This document shows positions 13,349 through 22,522 of a stretch of DNA of 64,000 nucleotides, in pieces. Numbering within the stretch: position 1 is the first letter of the stretch; every line of letters starts with the position of its first letter. The position numbers and the translations under genes are program-made. Under the pieces are notes generated by a model. That model was not told the origin of the DNA. It made no database searches and saw only the letters and a list, made by a program, of their open reading frames with translations. The stretch spans positions 49,166,001 to 49,230,000 of the forward strand of contig NC_043002.1 of the NCBI RefSeq assembly GCF_006345805.1, read 5' to 3'. The DNA comes from Octopus sinensis. Its lineage: Eukaryota.

Positions 13349-14714
13349 TACTTGAAGACTGTCAAATGAACTGAGCTTTTTCAGTTTAACGACTAGAGCT
13401 TTGAGGACCACCAGAACTAAGTAAAGTGCATGGACGAAACATTTAACTTGCTCTAGACCATTTTACCTGGTGAAAGAGAACAATTAGTCTCTTCTATATG
13501 TGTAACTTTGGTCACTATCATCTCACGAAACCTCTTGTTTTCGTATAAAATCAGTATGTTTTGTGCTTTTGATGTTGCGGTATCAATTCAGATAAATTTG
13601 AATTCGTGTTCTTGTATTTACAACCGAAACTTTTGAACAAACTGAATGAAAATAATAACATAACTAAGGACAAGAATAATAACTAAGGACGTTTGTCAAT
13701 ATAATGGAAGGTTTATAGTAAAGCTGGAATAATGCTTTATTTTATAAGTTTTACACTTATATTCACCTATTTATCTTTTTAAATAACAGTTGGTTAGATT
13801 TCAGAGGCATATTATTCTGTATTTTCTTTTCCCGTTTAAAAATAAATAAATTCTACAACATTTTCATTTTTCCTGAAAGAAATTGTAAATATTTTGTTTA
13901 CATTGCCCATCTAAATAGGAATCAAAATTCTCGGCATGTAGTGTTAAATGCCGAAGGCTCTAACTGGTGTAACAGCTAAGTAATGTTTGTAACGTAGTCT
14001 TTAACGATTTAACGTTGCGTTTTGTATAATCAAGGTAATTTAAATATGACATTCAGCACAACAAAAACTCCGGTTTCACCAAATGCAATAGTGTACAGAA
14101 GTTTCTATAACCCTTTGTTATGACATGGGATTCTACTCATAACAGCTTCTGTTGCACACGCCACAGACTGAGGATACAAGAACGATATACGAGTAAAAAG
14201 GAGAAAGAAATTTTTAAAAAATAGAAAAAAATATCTTATAAATACGGAAGTTAAACTATTAACAAAGTTTCTGCAACTATTTACATAAATAATCTTTGTT
14301 ATATTGCATGATTCTCGCCGAAGGAAATATTTCGAATGTTTATTTGTTGTCGTCTTTTGGAATTATTTCTTAAACAGCAATGATGACACGATAAAAAGGA
14401 ATGTACTTTTTTCATTCACTGCTTTTGTGACATGAACTGTGGTTTTAGTATATTGGGTTCTGAGAACTTCTACTCTAGATTGCATAAGGCAGCGAACACC
14501 TGACGTCTAAGTGGAGAGTTCATATTCTAATGCAGCCGTTGAGATTTTTTGTTTTGTTTTTGCTCTTTTTTTTCGAGCCCTTGGCCTATAAGGCTGGTTA
14601 CTCGATTCTCATGGCGCATAAGTAACGAAGATCAGAATATTCCTCTAAACGGAACACCGGTTCGTAGCAGGGTTCAAGGCTAGCAGTTCTGAGAGGACGG
14701 AGGCAACCAGCATT

Positions 14715-15428
14715 TGACTAGTACCTTATTTTATTGACCCCAAAGGGTTAAAAAGCAAAGTTGACCTCGGTGGGATTCGAACTAAGAACGCACTGAGCCG
14801 GAAGAAGCATTTTGTCCGATGTGCTAACGATTTTGCCAGCTTATCGCCTTCAATTGAGTTTTACATCCAGCCAAATATCTAAATCTGACCAATATTCTTT
14901 CTAATATTAGGTATAAGGAAGACTGTGAGCTGAAAGAATTTAGCACGCCGGGCAAAATGCTTAGAGGGATTCGCCTGTCTCCACATTCTGAATTCAAATT
15001 CCGCTGTAGCCGACTTTGCCTTTCATCCTCTCAAGGTCGATAAAATAAATATCAGTTAAACACTGGGGGTCATTGTAGTGGACTTACTCCTTCCTCCAAA
15101 ACTGCGAGCCTTGTGCCAAAATTTGAAACCAATATTAGGCATAAAAACGGCGGTGAGCTGGCAGAATTGTTACCAGCTGAGCACTGGGGTAGACGTAATC
15201 GACTTATCACCTACCCCGAAATTGCTGGTCACGTACCAAAATTCGAAACCATTATTGTGCATAAGGACTGAAATTTGTGGTGGGTGTGGGGTTAGTTGAC
15301 TACATCATCATGTATATTTAACTGGTCCTTTATTTTATCAATTCCGAAAGGATGAAAGCAAACACTGATTACGGTAGGCTTTGAGCTCAAACCGTAAAGA
15401 GCCGGAACAACTGCTGCATGGCATTTTC
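14715..15428. mobile_element. Cluster of four SINE family A copies (-,+,+,-)
   Basis: Copies at about 14715-14850 (-), 14921-15136 (+), 15149-15256 (+, internally deleted) and 15257-15428 (-). Confidence 0.8.
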
Positions 15429-15664
15429 CCAATATTTTAGCAATGTGCGAATAGGTGGTGCGCAAGGAGAACTTGAGATGGATTTAATTTCAAGCACTTT
15501 TAAAAACTTTTAGCATCGGCTTATTGTATTAGTGTGTGTCATTTAGGTTTTTGGTGTGTGAGTATATGTTTGAGAGGAGTTGGAAAGAGGGAAGGATAAT
15601 GGTTAAGTGAGATGTACACACATTGTATGTGTAAATTTATCTATATGCTCGAATAGCTCAATGG

Positions 15665-15874
15665 TTCTGGTGGAGCGGCGAACAAGACAGAGCTGCTCTA
15701 TTTTATGTTTCCTCCAACGATGTGGATTTCTCTGATTCTAGATAAAATTTGTCCAAATGTTCTTTGAACACACCCACATCTACACGTTGTAGATCTCTGA
15801 CTTGATAGAGTTGAGTTTTGGAAAAATGTGGGCTCTTCAAATATAAGCTGTTACAATACTGGTTCCTTACACTA
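15665..15874 (-). mobile_element. CR1/L2-group LINE 3' fragment, copy 1
   Basis: Reverse strand encodes VRDLQRVDVGVFKEHLDKF, resembling the FKxxLD ORF2 C-terminus of CR1-group LINEs; near-identical copy at 17462-17698. Confidence 0.6.
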
Positions 15875-16331
15875 TCCATTTGCTATCCATTTTATTCTAC
15901 TGGACCCGTATACTCATTCGGTGTTTCAACAAAATCGTGTTATATTTTTTATAATTGAATATTACTAGTATAAAAGAAATGGTTGAACTGTTTTGTGCAA
16001 TGTAGTATAACCGATTTTATTACTCATAAATTTAGCAACAAAATCTTACATGGTTCCCCAAGGGTCATACGGATCCCGGTCGGGAACTACTGATATTGCT
16101 ATTTGAGTGGTGAAAGATATGATTGAGTGTGTATATATGTATGTGAGTGTTAAATCCCATCGGTCTGGTTGACGCAACCGATGCAACAATGGAATAAAAG
16201 AAAGCAATAGAATTATCTATTTTATCAGCTGTAAAATATAAAATGACGAATTTTATTTTATTGAAAACATTTCTGTCAGTCACAATTACTAATAACTGCT
16301 TCCTAACGAATATTACTTCAAGTATCATAGT

Positions 16332-16334
<3 letters not shown>

Positions 16335-16418
<84 letters not shown>

Positions 16419-16419
16419 A

Positions 16420-16451
<32 letters not shown>

Positions 16452-16460
16452 ATGTATCTA
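16335..16460. repeat. (CT)n / (CTAT)n microsatellite
   Basis: Read directly. Confidence 0.95.
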
Positions 16461-16499
16461 TGTGCGTGTGTGTAAACATACATGGATACACACATTATG

Positions 16500-16678
16500 T
16501 TGGTTTCAAGTTTTGGCTTAAGGTCACCAATTTTGTGGGTTGAGGTAAGTCAATTACATCGACTCCAGTGCTCAGCTTATACTTATTTTATCGATCTCGA
16601 TGGAACGAAAGGCAAAGTCGGAACGTCAAAACAGGTGAAATTCTAGCGTGCTAACAATTCTGCCAGCTCGCTACCTTA
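16500..16678 (-). mobile_element. SINE family A, internally deleted
   Basis: Head (gctaacaattctgccagctcgc) and core (atcgactccagtgctcagc..tatcga..ggcaaagtc) present. Confidence 0.75.
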
Positions 16679-16979
16679 GATATATATTATATATTATTAA
16701 ACAATATTTGTTCACGGGAGGTGGGATTAAGTGTTTGGGTATGAATTTATGGTATACGTGAGAGGTATATATAAAAAAAAAGCAGAGAGAATGGAAGTGG
16801 CAACCTATGAACAGGTGTCAAAATGTGAATGCATATGTGAGATATGTCTGCTTACCAGAGAGAGAGAGAGAGTGATAGAATGAAAAAGAGAGAGAGAGAG
16901 AAGTAGTAAGAAGTTGTTCGTAAATTTATAAATATATACAACGTGCTTATATCATGTATTTGGGTGCATGTGTATGCGT

Positions 16980-17011
<32 letters not shown>

Positions 17012-17043
17012 TGTATGTATGTATGTACCTATGTATGTATGTA

Positions 17044-17259
17044 TGGGGATGTGCTGAAAAGTTCCTGGCTTTAAGGGTGACGCGAATGGCCTGGTTGGAG
17101 GCCAACCTTCCGAATTCTTTTGCAGGGCTTAGAAGAACTGAAGGACCGCTGCAATAAGTGTGTGAATCTGAAAACGAAATATGTTGAATAAAATAATAAT
17201 TGACTGATCCACCTGCATTTTCGTTTACTTCAATCCAGGAACTTTTTCGCACCCCCTCA
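17044..17259 (+). mobile_element. 216-bp mariner-derived MITE
   Basis: TA flanks; TIRs gtgctgaaaagttcctgg / ccaggaactttttcgcac; interior keeps the transposase C-terminus (F..GL..L..R..KC....YVE*). Confidence 0.8.
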
Positions 17260-17305
<46 letters not shown>

Positions 17306-17367
17306 CGAAAACTCTCCCTATATATATATGTATATGTATACATACATATATAATTACATATATTATA

Positions 17368-17698
17368 CTAGTTTCAGCCAGAGGTTGTAGTTAAGTTGGG
17401 TTACCACATTTTAGTGTGGCTATATTTCCCACTCACTTTCTGGCTCTCTCTTCGTAACCGATTCTGGTGGAGCGGCGAACAAGACAGAGCTGCTCTATTT
17501 TATATTTCCTCCAACGATGTGGATTTCTCTGATTCCAGATAAAATTTGTCCAAATGTTCTTTGAACACATCCACATCTACACGTTGTAGATCTCTGACTT
17601 GATAGAAAAATGTGGAAAAATGTGGAAAAATGTGGAAAAATGTGGAAAAATGTGGACTCTTCAAATATAAGCTGTTACAATACTGGTTCCTTACACTA
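17368..17698 (-). mobile_element. CR1/L2-group LINE 3' fragment, copy 2 (with probable 3' UTR)
   Basis: 17462-17698 aligns with 15665-15874; contains five tandem GAAAAATGTG units. Confidence 0.6.
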
Positions 17699-18037
17699 GA
17701 TGGAGAAAAGCAGCATCTTTAGTAGAATACAATAGTGTTCAGTTCTGTTGTTGGCATAACTTTCAATTCCAAAGCTGGATGCTAGGCATTCCAGGGTCTT
17801 TCGTATATATTATAGATATTATGCATACTAGTATATTGTAGCAATTTATTACACACACACACACACATACACCCAATATATATGTGAATATATATTTTTT
17901 ATCAATCTCTCTCTATATGTCTGTATGTATACACATTTTATATGTATGTGTTTTTGTATACATACTCATACATACACGCACATATATCTCCTGTGGCAAA
18001 TAAAAGAATTCATCATCATCCCCATCATCATCATGAC

Positions 18038-18105
<68 letters not shown>

Positions 18106-18118
18106 TATTATTATTATT
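18038..18118. repeat. (TAT)n microsatellite
   Basis: Read directly. Confidence 0.95.
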
Positions 18119-18139
18119 TTCACATACCGAAATTTGATG

Positions 18140-18660
18140 TAGCTGATTGCCGGTTGGATGAAAGACGGAACGTATGTATTATTGCCAGTATAGTATCCTT
18201 GATGAAGAAACTAGTTTGTAACTGAACTATGAATGAAAGACGAGTAACTGTGAGATTAGACAAATCGTCATTCATAAAGATTGAAAGTAAGGCGGTTTCA
18301 GTTGATCTCTTGGAAAGGGTAGCCTTTAGAAAAAACTTCGGTGCCAAATTTTATCAAAAACCTTGTTACTTTAAAAAAACGTGGTTTTATACTATCACTG
18401 TAGTATTAGCTGACTAAAAGTTTTCTTGAAGTGATACACGGCCATAGATCAAAGGGTTATCTGTTAGATTTAGAAGCTGGCTATTTCTTATCTTTTCGTA
18501 ACTTTGGAGATAGTAGAAAGATATCTGAATATATGGGGGAGTTGAAGACTTATGTTGTCTTTGGTCTGTTTCTGTGAGGTAGGATAAAAGACTAACTTTG
18601 TTAACTGAGAAATACTTGTCAGCTAAACAGATAATGGAAAAGTTTATTTCGCAGCAAAAC
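18140..18660 (-). pseudogene. L2/CR1/Jockey-group reverse transcriptase remnant
   Basis: Reverse strand: QISFYYLQSYEKIRNSQLL (like PISLL..KVFEKIIN.QL), SNKVFDKIWHR (like SKAFDKVWH), LLSIFMNDDL (like LFLIFINDL); frameshifted. Confidence 0.6.
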
Positions 18661-19191
18661 ATTGGTTGTTTATTTATTTATTTATTTGCTTTGCTTGTTT
18701 TAGTCTTTGCTGAGCCAAGTTGGGCTATGCTTGGGCACCACATTGGAAGGTTTAGTCGAACAAATGGCCCCTGGAACGTATTTTTTTACTGAACAGCTAA
18801 GATGCAATGACATAAAAAATATGACACCGGTTTGTCAAGCGATGTTAGAGAATAAAAGCTGTTGTCACAAAAAGTAACTCGCTACAATAATAAAGTTGGG
18901 ATATTGGGCGAGTTAACACAGTCAGTATTGTGCTGTAAATACTAGGACGGTGGACATCTGAAGTACTAGAATCAACAGAGTTAGATTTTAAAAAATACCA
19001 TGGGATATTGTGAATTCGAATCTCACCAAACTTACTTATAACTTTTATTTTTCCAGTGTTGATAAAATTAACGCTTTTGCTTCACCCACAACAATTCAAT
19101 TTTTAAAGCCCGGTATTTAATCTATCGGTCTCTTTTGCCGAACCACTAAGTTGCAGGGATAAACACAGATACAAAGGCACGCGCACACACA

Positions 19192-19233
<42 letters not shown>

Positions 19234-19238
19234 AATAT

Positions 19239-19276
<38 letters not shown>

Positions 19277-19375
19277 CCGGAGTAAACACATAAATGTGAA
19301 ACAAGGTGGAAAAAAGAGTACTCAAATACCAGTGGTAGAGTAATATGCTTTATTTTAAGCAGCAGAAAATTCAAC

Positions 19376-19423
19376 AAAATCTGTTACTCTGAGTTTCTCG
19401 TTGCCGTTCATCAGACAGTTTTA
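19376..19423 (-). ncRNA. Minimal type I hammerhead ribozyme motif (mirror copy)
   Basis: Exact reverse complement of the + strand motif because of the perfect palindrome. Confidence 0.7.
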
Positions 19424-19424
19424 G

Positions 19425-19474
19425 CAAAAACTGTCTGATGAACGGCAACGAGAAACTCAGAGTAACAGATTTTG
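19425..19474 (+). ncRNA. Minimal type I hammerhead ribozyme motif
   Basis: Stem I caaaa-a-ctgt / acag-a-ttttg; core CTGATGA (19435-19441); short stem II CG-GCAA-CG; GAAA (19452-19455); near-palindromic stem III ACTC-A-GAGT; GTA cleavage triplet ending at 19464. Confidence 0.7.
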
Positions 19475-19500
19475 TTGAATTTTCTGCTGCTTAAAATAAA

Positions 19501-19548
<48 letters not shown>

Positions 19549-19916
19549 AGTTTCTTTCAATTTCGGTCTTACAAATCCGCTCACAGGGCTTTAGTCGGCT
19601 CGAAGTTCCAGTAAAAGATACTTGCCCAAGGTGCTACACAGTGGGAGTGAGCAGGGAGCCATGTGGTTAGGAAGCAAACTTGTTACCACGTCTGCGTCTA
19701 TGTTCGTGAAGTTATTGAAAGCATTATTGTTGTAGCAGCGTTAAAAGAAGAAAGAAAAAGTTCTATAGTAGACACTTCATTGATTGAAAGTTGTAATAAA
19801 GAGAAAATTCTGTAATCAAAAGGATATTTTCAGAAGCATGGATAAATTATCGAAAGAAACACAGAAACTATACTGTCGAATATGTACAACAAGGTAAGGT
19901 ATGACAGGTGTTTGTA

Positions 19917-20060
19917 CGGTAACCAGTAATAAAGTCACAGGCAAAAAAGTCACATTAATAAAATCACAGTTTTGGCTAGGAAAAAAGTCACAATTGATTT
20001 ATGGGATCCGGACAAAATCCCTGTGACTTTTTTCTCCTGTGACATTTTAAACTGGATTCG
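19917..20060. mobile_element. 144-bp MITE-like element
   Basis: Perfect 6-bp direct flanks TTTGTA (19911-19916, 20061-20066); imperfect TIRs of about 40 bp with repeated aaaaagtcaca / tgtgacttttt subterminal motifs. Confidence 0.6.
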
Positions 20061-20151
20061 TTTGTACAGGTGCTTGTACAATTATACAACACCAATATGA
20101 AATTAATGCTCTATAATTGTTACCAAATAACTTTTAAATATGAGGATCAAA

Positions 20152-20758
20152 GGATTTTTGATTTTGACCAACAGATTTAGAAAAAGAATTTTTTGTAACT
20201 AAACACTTTCAAACTTCAGACACTGGTAGAATGTGTCATATAAAACATGTTTTACTCTTAGCATTTTTGGGAAAAACTTATATTTATGAAGATATTTCGC
20301 CTTAAATTTCTCGTATTTCGGTAATTTCAACCAATCAATGACGTGTATTCAGCTGAATAAAATTACTGCTGTTGTTTGTCAACAAGAACTTCCGGCGGTG
20401 TATATTTTGTTTGTCACTGTTATTTATGACAACCCTAACCCTAAAACCCTAACCCTAAAACCAGTACAAACGCACGAACGATGTCATAAATAACAGTGAC
20501 AAGCGAAAAATACACCACCGATAGTTGTTGACAGACAACGGCAGTAATTTTATTCAGCTGAATATACGTCATTGATTGGTTGAAATTACCGAAATACAAG
20601 AACTTTAAGGTGAAATATCTTCGTAAATATAAGTTTTTCTCAAAAATGCTAAGAGTAAAACATGTTTTATATGACACATTCTACCAGTGTCCGAAGATTA
20701 AAAGTGTTTAGTTACGAAAAATTATTTTAAAAATCTGTAGGTCAAAAGGTAAAGATCC
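20152..20758. mobile_element. 607-bp foldback / long-TIR non-autonomous DNA element with telomere-repeat core
   Basis: Inverted arms 20152-20430 and 20483-20758; core (AACCCT)2AA(AACCCT)2AAAACC at 20431-20462; candidate 8-bp TSD ggatcaaa / agatcaaa. Confidence 0.75.
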
Positions 20759-20983
20759 AGATCAAAATAAGGATTTTACAGTTTCTCTCGGATTAGTTTG
20801 ATTATGAAGATTTTTATCCTTAAGAGAAATATAAGAAACAATTTGAGTATTCAGTGATCCTTACATGAAAAGGTTCGAACTCGGCACTTGTAAGCTACAA
20901 AATTGCTAATTCAGAGTTCCAAAGTATTATCAAAAAGCCTCTCTCTCTCTCTTTCTATCTCTTCTTTACATAATCAAAGAGTA

Positions 20984-21401
20984 TGTAGTGATGCTACTGT
21001 GTAGGGTTCGGCGCGCATGCGCAGAATGGGACTACTTCCGGGTGGCCACCGGAAGTCTTCCCCATGCGCATGTGCGGGAAAACATCTCTCGAGCCCGCGA
21101 ACCTCAAATCGCTCTCTTCGGCTCAAGACAGCACTGCGATCGGTCACGGTTTTCCTGGCTCTGACAGCCACACACCAGCTTCAACCAACTTCAACCAACC
21201 TCAACGACCAACACCAGCAGTATCTCAGAGGCTGTCTATTCCCCCATCAGACAACGTACAACCATGAATCAATAAACCAAGTTGTCTGTTCACCTTTAAC
21301 CTGAGTTTCGTCTGTTTGTTTTCTACAAGAATTTTTGTATGTGACCAGAAAGGATCTCGACACCCTGCCAGTGCTTCGATGATAGATCCTTTCACGTTAC
21401 A
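20984..21401 (+). repeat. 5' LTR (418 bp)
   Basis: TGTAGTG...GTTACA; no difference from the 3' LTR found by eye; AATAAA at 21271-21276. Confidence 0.97.
21012..21075. promoter_or_regulatory. Dyad-symmetric U3 motif cassette (NRF1-like and ETS/GABP-like sites)
   Basis: GCGCATGCGCA ... ACTTCCGG-GTGGCCA-CCGGAAGT ... TGCGCATGTGC; same cassette in the 3' LTR at 25955-26018. Function is inferred from motif match only. Confidence 0.5.
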
Positions 21402-21403
21402 AT

Positions 21404-21413
21404 TGGTGACCCC
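21404..21413 (+). other. Primer-binding site, tRNA-Trp type
   Basis: TGGTGACCCC, 2 nt after the 5' LTR, is complementary to the ...GGGGTCACCA 3' end of metazoan tRNA-Trp; tRNA-Trp priming is typical of the CsRn1 lineage. Confidence 0.8.
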
Positions 21414-21786
21414 TAGTTGAGAAAAAGAACAGGATAGAAAAAGACACAGCGAACAGGTTTTTTTGGGGGGCCGAAGAGCGCGGAAATCCATATTTATTTT
21501 CTTATTTTCTCCTTTTCAGCACGGCGAGGTGGGTCAAATAACCTTATTCATCGCACACAGTACAAAAAAAAAAAGAAAGAAAATAGAAAACACACACACA
21601 TTCATTTTTTTTCCTTTTCTGTATTTTGTTTTCCTTGTACACACTTATTCCTTTTTTTTTTTTTTGCTACCCACGAGGTGCACACACAAACACAATTTTG
21701 AATTGCCTTCTCGGTTCCACGTGTTCTCTCTCCATTTCTCGACCATACCTTCTGCCCCCTTCTCACAGACTCCTTCCGACAAAGGC

Positions 21787-22314
21787 ATGGCTTCAGGTTT
21801 GCCTTCATTTACGGGGGATGCGGGGCTGTGGTTTGCACAGGTGGAATCACACTTTGCCGCGCATACCATTCCGCCACAACAGCAGTTACATCTACTGTTT
21901 TCAAGTTTGCCCTCCCGGCTCGCAACATCGGTCAGGGATCTCATTGTGAGTCCCCATCCTGACGCCACATATGCGTCAGTAAAGGCGGAGATCCTCCGTC
22001 GCAACACGCGCTCAGAGGAAAGTCAGTTTAATGAACTGATGGCCGACGAGCAGTTAGGGGACAGAACTCCATCCCAATTTCTGCGCCATCTAAGAGAGCT
22101 AAGCGGCAACGCCGCTGACGCGCCGCTCTTACGTAAGATATTTTTCTCAAGGCTGCCTGCCCACGTGCAGACAATGTTGGCCACGGCACTGGATGCTGTG
22201 TCTGTGGACCAGATCGCCACGATGGCCGACAAAGTGTTGGAGTTTTCGCGCCCATCTCCCTCGCGGGGCCTGTACGCATGTACAGAGCCCCCCGACACCT
22301 CCGACGAACGATAA
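21787..22314 (+). CDS. gag: Gag, N-terminal/capsid part (stops early in this sequence)
   Basis: ATG in GGCATGG context; motifs LWFAQVESHF, LGDRTPSQFLRHLREL, LRKIFFSRLP, MADKVLE typical of CsRn1-type Gag. Confidence 0.85.
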   Translation: MASGLPSFTGDAGLWFAQVESHFAAHTIPPQQQLHLLFSSLPSRLATSVRDLIVSPHPDATYASVKAEILRRNTRSEESQFNELMADEQLGDRTPSQFLRHLRELSGNAADAPLLRKIFFSRLPAHVQTMLATALDAVSVDQIATMADKVLEFSRPSPSRGLYACTEPPDTSDER

Positions 22315-22522
22315 ACTGGCCGAGAACATCGACGCGCTTACGCGGAGGATCGATGATCTGTGCCGTGCGATCGAACGCCAATCTCGTAGTCGCAGTAGCT
22401 CTATTTCCCGCAGTCGGAGTGACTCTGTTTCTCGTTCCGGCTGGTGCTGGTACCATTCGAGATATGCCGAAAAGGCAGATCGGTGTACCCAGCCGTGCAC
22501 TTTCAAGCCCTCGGAAAACTAA
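22291..22522 (+). CDS. gag: Gag, C-terminal part (+1 frame): coiled coil, RS-rich tract, CHCC knuckle
   Basis: [27 protein letters not shown] and [18 protein letters not shown] (C-X2-H-X9-C-X3-C), ending PSEN* (ORF 22193-22522). Confidence 0.85.

Larger units (their letters stand above)
19277..19501. mobile_element. Penelope-like element inverted pseudo-LTR remnant (71-bp unique part plus perfect 75-bp inverted repeat)
   Basis: Arms 19348-19422 and 19427-19501 are exact reverse complements around a 4-nt loop (agca); each carries a hammerhead core followed by AATAAA; flanked by (TA)n on both sides. Confidence 0.7.
19110..19700 (-). mobile_element. SINE family B split by (TA)n and the Penelope-type hairpin
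   Basis: 19110-19190 (tctatcggtctcttttgccgaacc) and 19545-19700 (tttctttca..cttgcccaaggtg..ccatgtggtt) match consecutive parts of the intact copy at 37995-38392. Confidence 0.7.

Noticed and set aside
20431-20462. True telomere or chromosome-fusion scar
   Set aside because: Only four AACCCT units, in one orientation, enclosed by the TIRs of a mobile element.
21017-21304. 95-aa and 67-aa ORFs duplicated at 25960-26247
   Set aside because: They lie inside the LTRs; identity reflects LTR duplication, and GC-rich sequence makes such ORFs likely by chance.
21463-21786. N-terminal extension of the 283-aa gag ORF
   Set aside because: It starts at TTG in a low-complexity T/A-rich leader; Gag homology starts at the ATG at 21787.
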